This document shows positions 50,276 through 60,843 of a DNA stretch of 64,000 nucleotides, one piece after another (the stretch's first letter is position 1; each line of letters opens with the position of its first letter). The notes beneath the pieces are model-generated. The model saw nothing but the letters and a program-made list of their open reading frames with translations, did not search any database and was not told where the DNA came from. The DNA comes from an uncultured delta proteobacterium (GTDB taxonomy: Bacteria; Desulfobacterota; Binatia; UBA9968): contig CAVUZH010000003.1 of assembly GCA_963745835.1 (NCBI GenBank), positions 352,001-416,000 on the forward strand, written 5' to 3'. A program made the translations under genes and the position numbers.

Positions 50276-51077
50276 TTACATTCGTGAAAAACCGCCGGAA
50301 GCGTTTACCTCTTCCTCGATCTGCTTCCACAGGACCTGTTCCAGTTCGAGAAATCGACGGTCTGATTTCATCTCCATGGTTCTTGGACGAGGCAGCGGTA
50401 CATTTACTTCAGAACGGATGCTGCCAGGACGATGGCTGAAGACAATGACCCTGTCTGAAAGAAGAATTGCTTCCGCAATCATATGCGTTACAAAAATGAC
50501 GGTTTTTTTAGTCTCCCTCCAAATGCGTAGCAGTTCGAGCTGCATGAAATTGCGCGTCTGCGCATCCAATGCAGCGAAAGGCTCATCCATCAGCAAAATT
50601 CTCGGATCCACCGCCAGGGCTCTGGCGAGATTGACCCGCTGCTGCATGCCTCCGGAAAGCTCATGCGGGTAGTGAGTCTCGAATCCCGAAAGGCCCACCA
50701 GATCGAGAAATTTCTGGGCCGTGCGTTCAGCTTCCTTGGCATTGTTATTCCGTCCCTCCAAGCCGAGAACAACATTTTTGAGACTGGTGCGCCACGGCAG
50801 GAGAGATGCGCCTTGAAAGACAAAGCCCATTACGAGTTCGTTATCGAGCTTCATGCGCGGACCTGCCGTCGATGAGAATTTCTCCGCCCGAATGCGGCAT
50901 GAGACCATTGATGACCCGCAGCAGGGTGGTTTTGCCGCAGCCGCTGGGGCCAAGGATGCTGACAAATTCTCCATCGCTAACCGACAGATTGATATCTCTA
51001 AAGATGACAAACGGATCGCGATCCGGTCGAGTGATCGCCTTGTTCAAATTGCGCAAAACAAGTGCTGGTCCGCCCAT
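50276..51077 (-). CDS. NitT/TauT ABC ATP-binding protein; frameshift near 50845
   Basis: Walker [10 protein letters not shown] in one frame; LSGGMQQR and LLMDEPF in the other. Confidence 0.9.
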
Positions 51078-51078
51078 A

Positions 51079-51861
51079 TCAACTTCCTTGGGGTTCCTTT
51101 TTCCAGGGGATCGCATAGATTTCGATAATCCGAATAATTTCGAAGCCGATTATGCCGAGTGCGGCAAATACCGCCACTCCGACGAATAAAATGGGTATGT
51201 TGAGAGTTTGGCCGGCAAAAAAGATCAGATAGCCTAAACCTTCCCTGGCGCCAAACCACTCCGCGATGGCAACTCCAGTGAGACCCCGGCCCACCGACAG
51301 ACGTATGCCAGCCAGTATGAAAGGAACCGACGCCGGCAAGAGGATTTTTAAGAACAATGCTGAGCGGCTCAGACGAAACGAGCGGGCGAGCTCGACATAA
51401 TCGCGATTGACCACGCGCATACCGTAGTAGGAATTGATCAGAATCGGAAAAAAGCAACCAAGAAAGACGATGGCAATTTTGGAGCCGGCACCGATGCCTA
51501 ACCAGAGCAGCAGCACCGGCGCGAAAGCAATCCGCGGTGTCGTATAAAGCGTCGCCATCCACGGATTGACGTAATCGCGCACCGACGTATTGAGCGCCAT
51601 CAGAAAGCCGAACGGCACGCCGGCGAGAATCGCCAGTACGAAGCCATAGAAAAAGATCCATGAGCTGGCGAATACATGAGGGTAGAGATCCTTAGTGACA
51701 AAGAGCATCTGGTAGGCGGTGACGGCTACGACCACCGGTGATACCAGTAGTGTTGGGTCTTTCACGACCACGGTGGCCAGAACATGCCAAAGAACCAGTC
51801 CTCCGATGATGGAGCCGGCCTTTAGAAAAGTGGACGTCAATTTACGTTTGCCTTCGTTCAT
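51079..51861 (-). CDS. NitT/TauT ABC permease
   Basis: [26 protein letters not shown]. Confidence 0.92.
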   Translation of the reverse strand: MNEGKRKLTSTFLKAGSIIGGLVLWHVLATVVVKDPTLLVSPVVVAVTAYQMLFVTKDLYPHVFASSWIFFYGFVLAILAGVPFGFLMALNTSVRDYVNPWMATLYTTPRIAFAPVLLLWLGIGAGSKIAIVFLGCFFPILINSYYGMRVVNRDYVELARSFRLSRSALFLKILLPASVPFILAGIRLSVGRGLTGVAIAEWFGAREGLGYLIFFAGQTLNIPILFVGVAVFAALGIIGFEIIRIIEIYAIPWKKEPQGS

Positions 51862-51883
51862 AATTCTATGCGCCGCCGACTGA

Positions 51884-52666
51884 TCACTCCGAAGACCATT
51901 CGGCGCTCTGACGCCAGGGAGCCATTCGCTGTTCGAGTTTCTTGATCAGGTTAAAACTCACAAGTCCCATGGCGGCGAGCAAAATCACGGTAACGAAGAG
52001 CTTCGGGCTGTCCCATGTCTCTGAGGAATCGCGGAGCAGAAATCCTAAGCCGGCATTGGCGGCCATGAGCTCCGCGACGATGACTCCAAGCAGCGCTCGA
52101 CCCACGCCAAGTCTCATACCGGTGATAATGAAAGGCAGCGCGCCAGGTAAGCGAATCTTATAAGTCGTCTGCCAATCGCTGAGCCGCAGCGATTTGGCTA
52201 GCTCGAGCCAGATCGGATCCAGGGATTTGATTCCCGCGGTGGTGTTCAGAATAATCGCCACCGCAGTGATCTTAAAAACCACTACGACTTTGGAAAAAAT
52301 GCCGATGCCGAACCAGATGATAATCAGCGGCACGACGGTAATAATCGGGATCGAGTAGAGCGTGGCGATCCACGGGTCCATGATCTCATCGAACCATTTG
52401 TACATCCCCATCAAGTAGCCGAGGATGATTCCAATGACACAAGCGGTGGTAAAGCCGCAGATAAATTCGATGAGAGTTGCGACCAGATGTTTGTTGAGCT
52501 CGCCGCTACTAGCGAGATTCCAAAAGGAGATGAGCACGCTGCTCGGCGGCGGGATGAGCAGTTCATTATCGAGCAGCAGGCGAGTCGAAAGCTCCCAGAT
52601 CGCCAGGCCGATGATTATCGACAAAGATCCGCGGACGATTTCTTTTTTAACCAAGAGCCGGCTCAT
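51884..52666 (-). CDS. NitT/TauT ABC permease
   Basis: IPPPSSV, LPGALPFIITGMRLG, VAELMAANAGLG. Confidence 0.92.
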   Translation of the reverse strand: MSRLLVKKEIVRGSLSIIIGLAIWELSTRLLLDNELLIPPPSSVLISFWNLASSGELNKHLVATLIEFICGFTTACVIGIILGYLMGMYKWFDEIMDPWIATLYSIPIITVVPLIIIWFGIGIFSKVVVVFKITAVAIILNTTAGIKSLDPIWLELAKSLRLSDWQTTYKIRLPGALPFIITGMRLGVGRALLGVIVAELMAANAGLGFLLRDSSETWDSPKLFVTVILLAAMGLVSFNLIKKLEQRMAPWRQSAEWSSE

Positions 52667-52667
52667 G

Positions 52668-55181
52668 CTATTTATAAAGCTCTCGATCTTCGCCCTTATC
52701 GTCGCGCAGGTGGATTCTTGGATAAACTGAGAGGCCGCCGGGCCTGCCTTGCACCATGAAATCCACCGGTATGAAGCCCTGCAACAACGGTATCGGCAGT
52801 TGGACGCCGGCAAAGGATCCCTTGTGATCGCTGCCGATGCCGATTTGATTTCCCCAGAGCCCGGCAGGCAAGGCGCCGCTCATGCTGAACCGGCTGGCCG
52901 AAACGCTTCCTTGAATCGGCGGCAAAGAATATTTTCCGCCGGGGTCGCGCTCATTTTCACTGAGCATTTCATGATCCAAAACCTTGGGAAATGCAGGGGC
53001 ATGGGCGCTTGCCTCGCGCACGAAAGAAAAGGTGGTGTCGTCGCGCTCTTGTTCGGGTTCGCCGGCGTTCGGACGCGCGCCTTGAATGATCGGCATTGGC
53101 AGATTCTTGATGCCGCCAACGCTGCCTTTGGCCCGCTGGTCGACGTCGGCTAAGGCTACCGCGTGGTTTTTTTGTCGCAGCGCGACAAAAAAGCGCTCTG
53201 AGGTCTGGCGTGGCAACGGGTAGCTCTGACTGCGAACACCGGAAGCCGTCTGATAATAGATCAGAAGCTCATTACTACCGGTGACGTTGACGCCGCGATC
53301 AGCCAGTTCCATGTTCCGCGGATTACCGTCGAACAAAGTTGCCTTCAGCCCGAGCCCGGCCGGCCCAAAAAGCTCCGGGTTTTCTTTTAAAAATTGTTTG
53401 CTCATGCGCAAGCCGTGGTTGTCGGTCTTGGCCAATTCGGCGAGTTTCTTGGTGGCCTCCGCTGCCGCCGGGCTTTCGGGATATTGATCAATCAGTGTGG
53501 TCAGATAATATTCCTGAGTCCCTCTCCCTTTGCTCTTGGTTGCCGCGTTCAGCAGCGCGGTTGCCGCTTTCTGCTTTAACGATGAAAGCTCTTCCTTGGG
53601 CGTCCCGGCAAGCTCATGATAGCCGATCGCCTTATCGATCATGCTTTTTTCCTCATAAATGTCGGCAAGAATTTTATAAACCTCGGTGGCGCTGACGGAA
53701 CCCGGGTGATTGCGCACGTAGGCGACACCGGCATCGATCACGGCTTGCGCCGAAACCGGGTTGTTGCTCAGCACATTGATCAGATTGTTGCCGACCATCA
53801 TAGCATTGGCGGCGCCAAGGGTGACTGCCCCGGCCGGGCCCGCCGCGGCAATAGCTCCCGCGGCATAAAGCAGGTTCTTTTTCAGCAGATCTTCGCCTAG
53901 TAGTACATACTTCACTGATTCGACGCGGCGTTCGCTGCGCGCCTCCTGGAATGTGGCGAGCAGATTGTACTCGGGACTTTGTAATAGCGCCGCGGCGCGT
54001 TTTTGCGCGTCCGGAGTCTTCGCTGAAGAGGCGAGACGCTCGATGATTTTTTTCGCCTCGTCATGCCGACCTTGCATCTCCAGAGCTACCGATGAGGCAT
54101 CGCGCGCGGACTCGGCCAGTGGCCTGCCGGCATATTTTTTTTCCAGATTGGCGGCTTGCTCGGCGATCTTTTGTTGATCTCTCAAGCTGAGCGCCCACAG
54201 CAGCTCTTCGACATCCTCCTGCTGCTCAGGCGAGGCGGCTTTCTCGACTTGTGCGGAAAGCCCGTGATTCTGTCGCTCCATCTGTTGCAGATAGAACTTC
54301 GATAGCTTTTGCAGCTCGGCTTGCGCTGCTTTGGACCGTCCATCTAAATAGGACGCGATCTCCGCGTAAAACAGCGCCTTATCGGTATCTCCCTTTTGCG
54401 CAGCTTGCTTTGAATGATCCAATTGTTTGCGGATCAGCGCGGCGGTCTTTTTCTTTTCGAGCTCTTCGATCTCCTTGACGACCTTGCCGTTGCGCGGATC
54501 GTTGGGATAGCGCTTGAGATGATCCATGTGACGCGCCAAAGCGCGCCGCTCTTCAACCGACATCTCAGTGTTGAGGAGCGAATAAGCCTGGCCAATCGCG
54601 GTTTCTGCCACCGCGCCGACATAATTCCCCGAAGCGACGCCGACCAGGTCCACCGAGCTCAACAACCGGTTGAAGACGCCGCCCAACTCATTGACCGAGC
54701 TTTGGCGGGTCAATTGATCGGCTCGCGTCAGATCGTCCTCATCGATAATCGCTTGCAGATATTTTTTACGTTCCGGCGACGAGGTGTTTTTCAACGCTTG
54801 ACGTTGCGCCGCGAGATAGCGCTCGCGCTCGTTGATGGTATTGTTCAGGAGATCCTGGGCGAGCTCGGCCAATCCGGTGCTCGATCCGTGTTGTTTTTGG
54901 AGCCGCCGGTCTTCGGTCTGAAAAAATTTCACATGCTCTTCGATCGCTGCTTTGCGGTTGGTAAGCGAATCGATCAACAGTTCACGCGCGCGCTTGTCGA
55001 CTTCATCGGGAAAAAACTGCGGCGCCGCCAGCGACTTTTCGAACGGATCAAATTCAGGCAGGGGATTCAAAATGCGTTCGATGATCGCTTGATGGTCTTG
55101 CCCCTGCGCAGGGGCTGGGTAACCGTTGATGGCGCTGAGCGACAGCGACAACGATAAAGCGCTTATCAATGCCTTCCTCAT
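52668..55181 (-). CDS. Large exported hypothetical protein (helical/TPR-like, Gly-Ala hydrophobic segments, beta-rich C-terminus)
   Basis: 837-aa ORF with signal peptide and TPR-like YPND/YPES turns; tightly coupled to both neighbours. Confidence 0.75.
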   Translation of the reverse strand: MRKALISALSLSLSLSAINGYPAPAQGQDHQAIIERILNPLPEFDPFEKSLAAPQFFPDEVDKRARELLIDSLTNRKAAIEEHVKFFQTEDRRLQKQHGSSTGLAELAQDLLNNTINERERYLAAQRQALKNTSSPERKKYLQAIIDEDDLTRADQLTRQSSVNELGGVFNRLLSSVDLVGVASGNYVGAVAETAIGQAYSLLNTEMSVEERRALARHMDHLKRYPNDPRNGKVVKEIEELEKKKTAALIRKQLDHSKQAAQKGDTDKALFYAEIASYLDGRSKAAQAELQKLSKFYLQQMERQNHGLSAQVEKAASPEQQEDVEELLWALSLRDQQKIAEQAANLEKKYAGRPLAESARDASSVALEMQGRHDEAKKIIERLASSAKTPDAQKRAAALLQSPEYNLLATFQEARSERRVESVKYVLLGEDLLKKNLLYAAGAIAAAGPAGAVTLGAANAMMVGNNLINVLSNNPVSAQAVIDAGVAYVRNHPGSVSATEVYKILADIYEEKSMIDKAIGYHELAGTPKEELSSLKQKAATALLNAATKSKGRGTQEYYLTTLIDQYPESPAAAEATKKLAELAKTDNHGLRMSKQFLKENPELFGPAGLGLKATLFDGNPRNMELADRGVNVTGSNELLIYYQTASGVRSQSYPLPRQTSERFFVALRQKNHAVALADVDQRAKGSVGGIKNLPMPIIQGARPNAGEPEQERDDTTFSFVREASAHAPAFPKVLDHEMLSENERDPGGKYSLPPIQGSVSASRFSMSGALPAGLWGNQIGIGSDHKGSFAGVQLPIPLLQGFIPVDFMVQGRPGGLSVYPRIHLRDDKGEDRELYK

Positions 55182-56104
55182 CGGCTTAGCCTCGTGACTT
55201 TCTCATTCAGCCCCCGCATCGCTTCAATCTTGCCTTGCGCTTCAATCTTTTCGACGATTCCATCGACCTGAACGACTTCTGTGTAAAGTTTAAGCGCCGA
55301 TTTAGCAAATTGCTCGAACGCTTTGAGTTCAAAGCTTAAACCCTCCGGATCGTACTGGGCGGCGTACTCTTTTGCAAGCAATCCGTAGAAGTCGCCGAAG
55401 TCGATGGTGAAGCGATAGATGTTCTTGCTTTGCCGGTGTTTGGTGATCAACTGGCTGTAGCCGAGAATTACCAGTTGGTTGCCGTCCTTGAGGCGGAACC
55501 GATTGGCTTCGACAAAGGCCACTTTGGCGCGATCGATACGTTCCTCTTCGCAGCGCGCGAGAAATTCATAGGTTGTGCCTTGATGTTTTTCAATCAGGTG
55601 ATTCCAGGCGGCGACTTTTTCGTCCAGGCCTTTGATGTACTGGAACGGATCTTCGGCGGGCAGGGGTTTGTCGAGAATGTTCAGGAAAGCTTCCAGCGCT
55701 TCGAGGTTCTTGGAAGCTTCGGCTCCCAAGCGCCCGCCGGTTTCGCTCACGTTGCGATACAGAACCGTTGCCTGTGCATACTCTCGCAGTCGCTCCAGCG
55801 CGAGCGCCTTGTTGAATTGAATGATATCGGTGAACTTGCCCGCGTTCTTTCTTTCATAATCATCGAGCCGGACCAAGGTTGCCTTCATGATGTTCACGCC
55901 GGTAACGTCTTTGGGTATGGCAAAACGATAGGTGTCCTCCTTGGCCAGACGCTGAAAGTCTTTGACAATGTCGAGCAGGTCTCCCGCCGGCGCATAGCGC
56001 GCTTCCGGCGAAGCGGTTCGCGATGAACATCCGGCAAGCATAAATAGCGAGAGAATCGTCGTGACGGATATGACGGAGTGAAATAGTATGCGGAAAGATC
56101 TCAA
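55178..56104 (-). CDS. Hypothetical TPR-like lipoprotein
   Basis: LAGC lipobox; all-helical pattern (KALALERLREYAQATVLY). Confidence 0.75.
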   Translation of the reverse strand: MRSFRILFHSVISVTTILSLFMLAGCSSRTASPEARYAPAGDLLDIVKDFQRLAKEDTYRFAIPKDVTGVNIMKATLVRLDDYERKNAGKFTDIIQFNKALALERLREYAQATVLYRNVSETGGRLGAEASKNLEALEAFLNILDKPLPAEDPFQYIKGLDEKVAAWNHLIEKHQGTTYEFLARCEEERIDRAKVAFVEANRFRLKDGNQLVILGYSQLITKHRQSKNIYRFTIDFGDFYGLLAKEYAAQYDPEGLSFELKAFEQFAKSALKLYTEVVQVDGIVEKIEAQGKIEAMRGLNEKVTRLSR

Positions 56105-56345
56105 ATTATTTCTTTGCGCGGTCCCTTCAAGGACGTGTGACCGGGCGATGTTGTTCAGAGCCTGGTGGTTGCAGTTATTTTCCGAAGTTTTCTTCCTAAG
56201 TCAAGCCGGAATAACGCGGCACGGCTTGATTCTTTGGCGGGCATTCCGTCGGGACATGTAGCCGATGCGACTATGCTCACTAAGAGTTGCTGCAACTCTC
56301 GGCCGCTACTTGACCGGCTCGGTCCAACAACTCATAGTGTTGCCT

Positions 56346-57521
56346 ATGAAGGTTTCTTTTCGACTTCTTGCCTTGTCAATTGTCGTGGGAAGTTTCGTCC
56401 TCGGCTGCCCGCCTGCGGGCCACGAGAAAAGCGGGATTGCGCCGACAGACCCCGGCGCTGCCGCTCCCGCACACTTGCCTGAGTACCAGGGGCCTGCTAC
56501 TCGGCCATTCGTCATGGGATTCACGCGATGGCCGGCCGATCTGACTCCCGAGGGAGTAGCGACTGCGCAGAAGTTTGCCGATGTCCATGGCGACATCCTT
56601 GCCGTGATGTTCATTGGCGGAATTCCGTGGCCTCAAGCGCTTGAAGGCAAACCATTCCCTAAAGATGTCCAGGACACTCTCGCCGACAGGCCCTCAAGGG
56701 AAAACAAGCTTTTCTTATCGATCTCGCCGCTCGACCGAGACCGCAAGGGCCTGGCGCCGTATTGGGGAGAAACGGAGAACGAGCCGTTGCCCAAGCCGTG
56801 GGACAAAGAACCGCTCAACAGCCCTCGGGTAAAAAAGGCTTTTTTAAACTTCGTCTTGCATTCTGTGAAAGCGATGCGGCCCGACTATCTTGCCATTGGT
56901 GTCGAATCAAATGTGCTGCTCTCACGCGACAGCTCTAAGTGGCGCCAGCTGAAAGAATTGCACCGGGAAACTTACAGCGCGGTGAAGAAAATGAATCCCA
57001 AATTGCCGGTATTTTTTACTACCGAGGTTCTGCATTATAAGCGCCTGGCGCGTGACGCCAAGCAATCGGAGCAGGAAAAGGAGGTTGCCGAACTGATGCG
57101 CCACAGTGATCTGTTCGCCATGAGCCTCTATCCTTATATGAGTCTGGAGACCCCGCGCCCGCTGCCGGAAAATTTTCTCGATTTTGCCAGGCGATTCAAG
57201 AAACCGATCGCGGTCTCCGAGAGTGGCATGACGTCGCGCGACGTGCCGCTAAAAAGTTATGGAGTCACCCTTTTAGGTTCGGAAGCCGAACAAAGAAACT
57301 TCACCGAGTCGCTACTGAAAACCGCCGACCGCGATAAATATGAATTCGTCATCAATTTTGCCAGCACCGACTCCGACCGGCTGGTCGCTCGTTTGCGCCC
57401 GCCTCTGGACGATCTCGCGCGCATCTGGGCATTCACCGGCATGCAGACCGGCGACGGCAGGGCCAAGCCGGCGCTGCCGGTCTGGGACGGCTTTCTGAAG
57501 GCCAAGTATGTTCGTCAATGA
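56346..57521 (+). CDS. Glycoside-hydrolase-like (clan GH-A TIM barrel) lipoprotein
   Basis: VLGC lipobox, PDYLAIGVESN, MSLYPY, KPIAVSESG, KPAL. Confidence 0.65.
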   Translation: MKVSFRLLALSIVVGSFVLGCPPAGHEKSGIAPTDPGAAAPAHLPEYQGPATRPFVMGFTRWPADLTPEGVATAQKFADVHGDILAVMFIGGIPWPQALEGKPFPKDVQDTLADRPSRENKLFLSISPLDRDRKGLAPYWGETENEPLPKPWDKEPLNSPRVKKAFLNFVLHSVKAMRPDYLAIGVESNVLLSRDSSKWRQLKELHRETYSAVKKMNPKLPVFFTTEVLHYKRLARDAKQSEQEKEVAELMRHSDLFAMSLYPYMSLETPRPLPENFLDFARRFKKPIAVSESGMTSRDVPLKSYGVTLLGSEAEQRNFTESLLKTADRDKYEFVINFASTDSDRLVARLRPPLDDLARIWAFTGMQTGDGRAKPALPVWDGFLKAKYVRQ

Positions 57522-57694
57522 CGAGAGATCGCGCCTCGTCACACGGGTGTAAATCCGGTTAGCATTGGCGTCTGATCGGCGCTGCGCCGCTGTCGCGGAG
57601 CGTTTGTCTCAGCGAAACTGATACTCGCTACCATGGCACGGCAACGGCCTTTGCCGCGCCGCCTAACTCCGAGATCAGCTTCCGCGCTCGACAG

Positions 57695-58024
57695 TCAGGT
57701 CTTGATCAGCAAATAGAAAAGCACCATTTCTCCGCTCCTGGCGGCGGAGAAATCGTGCGGCGTCCTTTTAGGGATGTGGCAGAGGGTGCCTGGAACCAGC
57801 CGAATTCTTCGGCCAGCGACTTGCAGCCTGCCGGAGCCCTGTAATACCTGGCAAATGACGTCTTGATCTTCGTGGCTGATCTGCTTTGGATTCGCTTTTT
57901 TTGCCGGTTTGAAAGCGATCAGGCCGCCGGTGAACTGTTTTTGTTTGAAGCAGCTCAGATAGCGGATTTCGTCGCTATTCTTTTTTAACCGCTTGAGCGC
58001 CGCGGCTATTTTGATGATTTTCAT
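57695..58024 (-). CDS. Cupin domain protein
   Basis: QISHEDQD...VLQGSG...IPKRTPHDF. Confidence 0.75.
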   Translation of the reverse strand: MKIIKIAAALKRLKKNSDEIRYLSCFKQKQFTGGLIAFKPAKKANPKQISHEDQDVICQVLQGSGRLQVAGRRIRLVPGTLCHIPKRTPHDFSAARSGEMVLFYLLIKT

Positions 58025-58128
58025 CGCGAATTGCGCAACAGGCAAAGCGAGCAGGCAACAGGCGTAGCAGAACTCCGGTAATTGGAGAAGCGACAGCGCA
58101 TCCTTCCAGCTCCACTGCGGTTGGCTTT

Positions 58129-59091
58129 CTAATCGGTCACGGCTGCGACGATTTCTCGGATCGCTGCCTCGGCTTGATCGTTGGGGACGCGGCAGGAGCC
58201 GACGACTTTGTGCCCGCCGCCGCCGTGATGACTTAACAGTTCGCCGACGTTGACGGTGGATGTAGTATTGAAGATATTATAGCCCACGGAAATGCTCGTG
58301 GTGTTTTCGCGCTGCTTGTCGTCGGCAACCTTGACTTGAATATTGCCTTGCGGGAACAGAGTGAAGATCAAAAACCGATTGCCATCCGGGATCTCTTGGA
58401 TGCCGCGCAGGTCCACAAAGATGACGTTGCCTTTCATGACTGTTCGCGCCAGCAATAGCCGCCGGAGCTGCTCTTGCTCGTCCCGGATCTGCTGGCAACG
58501 CCGGCTGACCTCCGGGTCACGCAAGACTTCTTCGAGGGAGGCGTCGCGCAGCAGTTCGATGATCCGCAGCCAGTAGGGCTCATCGCCGGCATTTCGTCCA
58601 TCGGTGGTCATGGAAATCAGCACATAGCCCTGCGGGTCGAGGACGTCCTGCGGCTCGAGCTTGCCGGCATCGATTCGATCGGTTTCATGAAGCAGATATT
58701 TAATTCTTTCGCTGTCCAGAAACGCGATTATCTCGTTGTCGGTAGGTCGCGTGGGTCTTTCTTCGCCGCTGCCCATGGGCTGCTGATTGCCTAATTCTTT
58801 ATAATATTCGTAGACGACGCGGGCGGCGCTCGGCGCCAGCCGAAAGCCGCCTTTGCCGAGCACGATCGGCTTGGCAAAGTCCGGAGTGGTATTGGTGACG
58901 TGATGGTCGAACCAGAGAGTGCAGTTGGGATGGTACGGTAGATTGGCGATGATGTCTCCGGCGCGGATCTCGACCAAGCCATCCTGCATGAACTTCGGCT
59001 CGACGAATAGATAGGCATCGATAGGTTCAAATTTCGTCAGCAGAGCGCCACAGACCAGTCCATCGAAATCCGCTCGTGTGACTAATCTCAT
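58129..59091 (-). CDS. DHH-family phosphoesterase (exopolyphosphatase/NanoRNase-like)
   Basis: MRLVTRADFDGL, WFDHH, APSAARVVY, GGGGH. Confidence 0.85.
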   Translation of the reverse strand: MRLVTRADFDGLVCGALLTKFEPIDAYLFVEPKFMQDGLVEIRAGDIIANLPYHPNCTLWFDHHVTNTTPDFAKPIVLGKGGFRLAPSAARVVYEYYKELGNQQPMGSGEERPTRPTDNEIIAFLDSERIKYLLHETDRIDAGKLEPQDVLDPQGYVLISMTTDGRNAGDEPYWLRIIELLRDASLEEVLRDPEVSRRCQQIRDEQEQLRRLLLARTVMKGNVIFVDLRGIQEIPDGNRFLIFTLFPQGNIQVKVADDKQRENTTSISVGYNIFNTTSTVNVGELLSHHGGGGHKVVGSCRVPNDQAEAAIREIVAAVTD

Positions 59092-60206
59092 GCGCCAACG
59101 ACCTCCTCCAAGGGCAACAAAGGAAGATTGAAGGCAGCCGCCACTCCTTCGTGCGTCACCTTGCCGGCAAACGTGTTGAGGCCTTTGGCCAATGCTCTGT
59201 TGCGCGCCAGCGCTTGCGGAAAGCCGCGGTTGGCGAGCTCCAGACCATACGACAGCGTCGAGTTCGTCAGCGCATAAGTTGAAGTGTGCGGTACGATGGC
59301 CGGCATATTGGTTACACAATAATGGACAACTTCTTCTTCGACATAAATGGGCTCACGGTGCGTGGTCGGCCGTGAAGTTTCAGCGCAGCCACCCTGATCG
59401 ATGGCAATATCGACGAAGGCAGCCCCGGGCTTCATGCGCTGCACCAACGATCGCGAGATAAGCTTGGGAGCCTTGGCGCCGGGGATCAGCACTGAGCCGA
59501 TCACCAGATCGGCATCGACGACTTCTTCCTCAACGTTGGCGCGATTCGACATCAAGGTCGTTGCGTGACCGCCGAGTATATCACGAACGTAGCGCAGTTT
59601 TGTCGGATTGATGTCGAGAATGCTGACGTCGGCGCCCATTCCAATAGCCACCTGGCAGGCTGCCGTCCCGGCAATGCCGGCGCCGAGGATGACAACTTTG
59701 CCGGGCCGGACCCCGGAAGCGCCGCCGAGAAGAACGCCGCGCCCGCCGTTTTCTGCCTGCAGGCACCACGCGCCTACCTGGATCGAAATTCGTCCGGCTA
59801 TTTCGCTCATCGGCGTCAGTAGCGGCAACGAGCCGTCATCCAGCTGAATCGTCTCATAAGCGATGGCGGTTACCTTGCGATCGAGCAGGGCGCGAGTTAC
59901 CGCTTCGTCGGCGGCGAGATGAAGATAGGTAAAGAGAATGAGCCCGGGCCGCAGCAGGGGAAATTCCGATGCCTTCGGTTCTTTGACTTTCATGATCAGA
60001 TTGGATTCATCCCATACCTGTTTTGCTGAGTCGACGAGGATCGCGCCCGCATTCTGGTAGGCGCGATCGCTAAGTGCGCTTCCCAGACCGGCGCCTTTTT
60101 CGACCAGGACCTTGTGATTACGCGCGGTAAAACCGCTGACTCCGGTGGGCGTCACGGCGACGCGATTTTCCTCGGTCTTAATCTCTTTGGGAACGCCGAT
60201 AATCAT
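59088..60206 (-). CDS. ald: Alanine dehydrogenase
   Basis: IGVPKEIK..ENRV, KVKEP, FTYLHLA, PMSEIAG, DQGGCAETSRPTTH, YCVTNMP. Confidence 0.95.
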   Translation of the reverse strand: MIIGVPKEIKTEENRVAVTPTGVSGFTARNHKVLVEKGAGLGSALSDRAYQNAGAILVDSAKQVWDESNLIMKVKEPKASEFPLLRPGLILFTYLHLAADEAVTRALLDRKVTAIAYETIQLDDGSLPLLTPMSEIAGRISIQVGAWCLQAENGGRGVLLGGASGVRPGKVVILGAGIAGTAACQVAIGMGADVSILDINPTKLRYVRDILGGHATTLMSNRANVEEEVVDADLVIGSVLIPGAKAPKLISRSLVQRMKPGAAFVDIAIDQGGCAETSRPTTHREPIYVEEEVVHYCVTNMPAIVPHTSTYALTNSTLSYGLELANRGFPQALARNRALAKGLNTFAGKVTHEGVAAAFNLPLLPLEEVVGA

Positions 60207-60253
60207 CTGGTGAAAGCTACTCGATGATATCTAGAGAGTCAACGTAAAGTCTG

Positions 60254-60407
60254 GTGGCGGGCTGCTGAAAAAGACTCATATGCTTCGTTGCGTTCGCCCG
60301 ACTCGCTTCAACGTACTGAAACGTACGCCTAAGCTCATCGAATTTCGCGCGCGCGCCTCTGAATCTTTTTGAGCAGCCTGCAAACAGCTTTTTTCAGTAA
60401 TTGCTAG
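60254..60407 (+). mobile_element. MITE-like element, second near-full copy
   Basis: gctgctgaaaaagactcatatgcttcgttgc...aacgtactg...gtacgcct...tttttgagcagcctgcaa...ttcagtaattgctag. Confidence 0.8.
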
Positions 60408-60477
60408 AGTAAGTCCCTCGGATAGCGGCGTTGTACTTTGAATCTTTGAACCGTTGAACTGACGAAGTCGGTTTAGA

Positions 60478-60843
60478 CTATCGCCCGGCTGTCCAGATCA
60501 GGATCGCCCAGCCGATCAGGAAGGCGATCCCGCCTGCGGGTGTGATGGCGCCGAGCCAGCGGATCCCGGTAAAACTCAGAAGATAGAGGCTACCCGAAAA
60601 AATAATAATACCGACGATAAACGACCAGCCCGCCGGATTGAAATTACTTTCGGGCCAGCGCGATGACGCCCAGGCGACGACGAACAATCCGAACGCATGA
60701 TACATCTGATAACGGACGCCAACTTCAAAGATGTCGAGCATGTCCGGCGTAAGACGGTTTTTCAGCGAGTGGGCGGCAAAGGCGCCAAGCGCGACGCCTA
60801 AAAACGCGATGACCGAGCCGGCGGCGAAGAAGAAGCGCTCCAT
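60478..60843 (-). CDS. DUF423 (YgdD-like) membrane protein
   Basis: GAFAAH, YQMYH, FSGSLY, GAITPAGG. Confidence 0.9.
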   Translation of the reverse strand: MERFFFAAGSVIAFLGVALGAFAAHSLKNRLTPDMLDIFEVGVRYQMYHAFGLFVVAWASSRWPESNFNPAGWSFIVGIIIFSGSLYLLSFTGIRWLGAITPAGGIAFLIGWAILIWTAGR

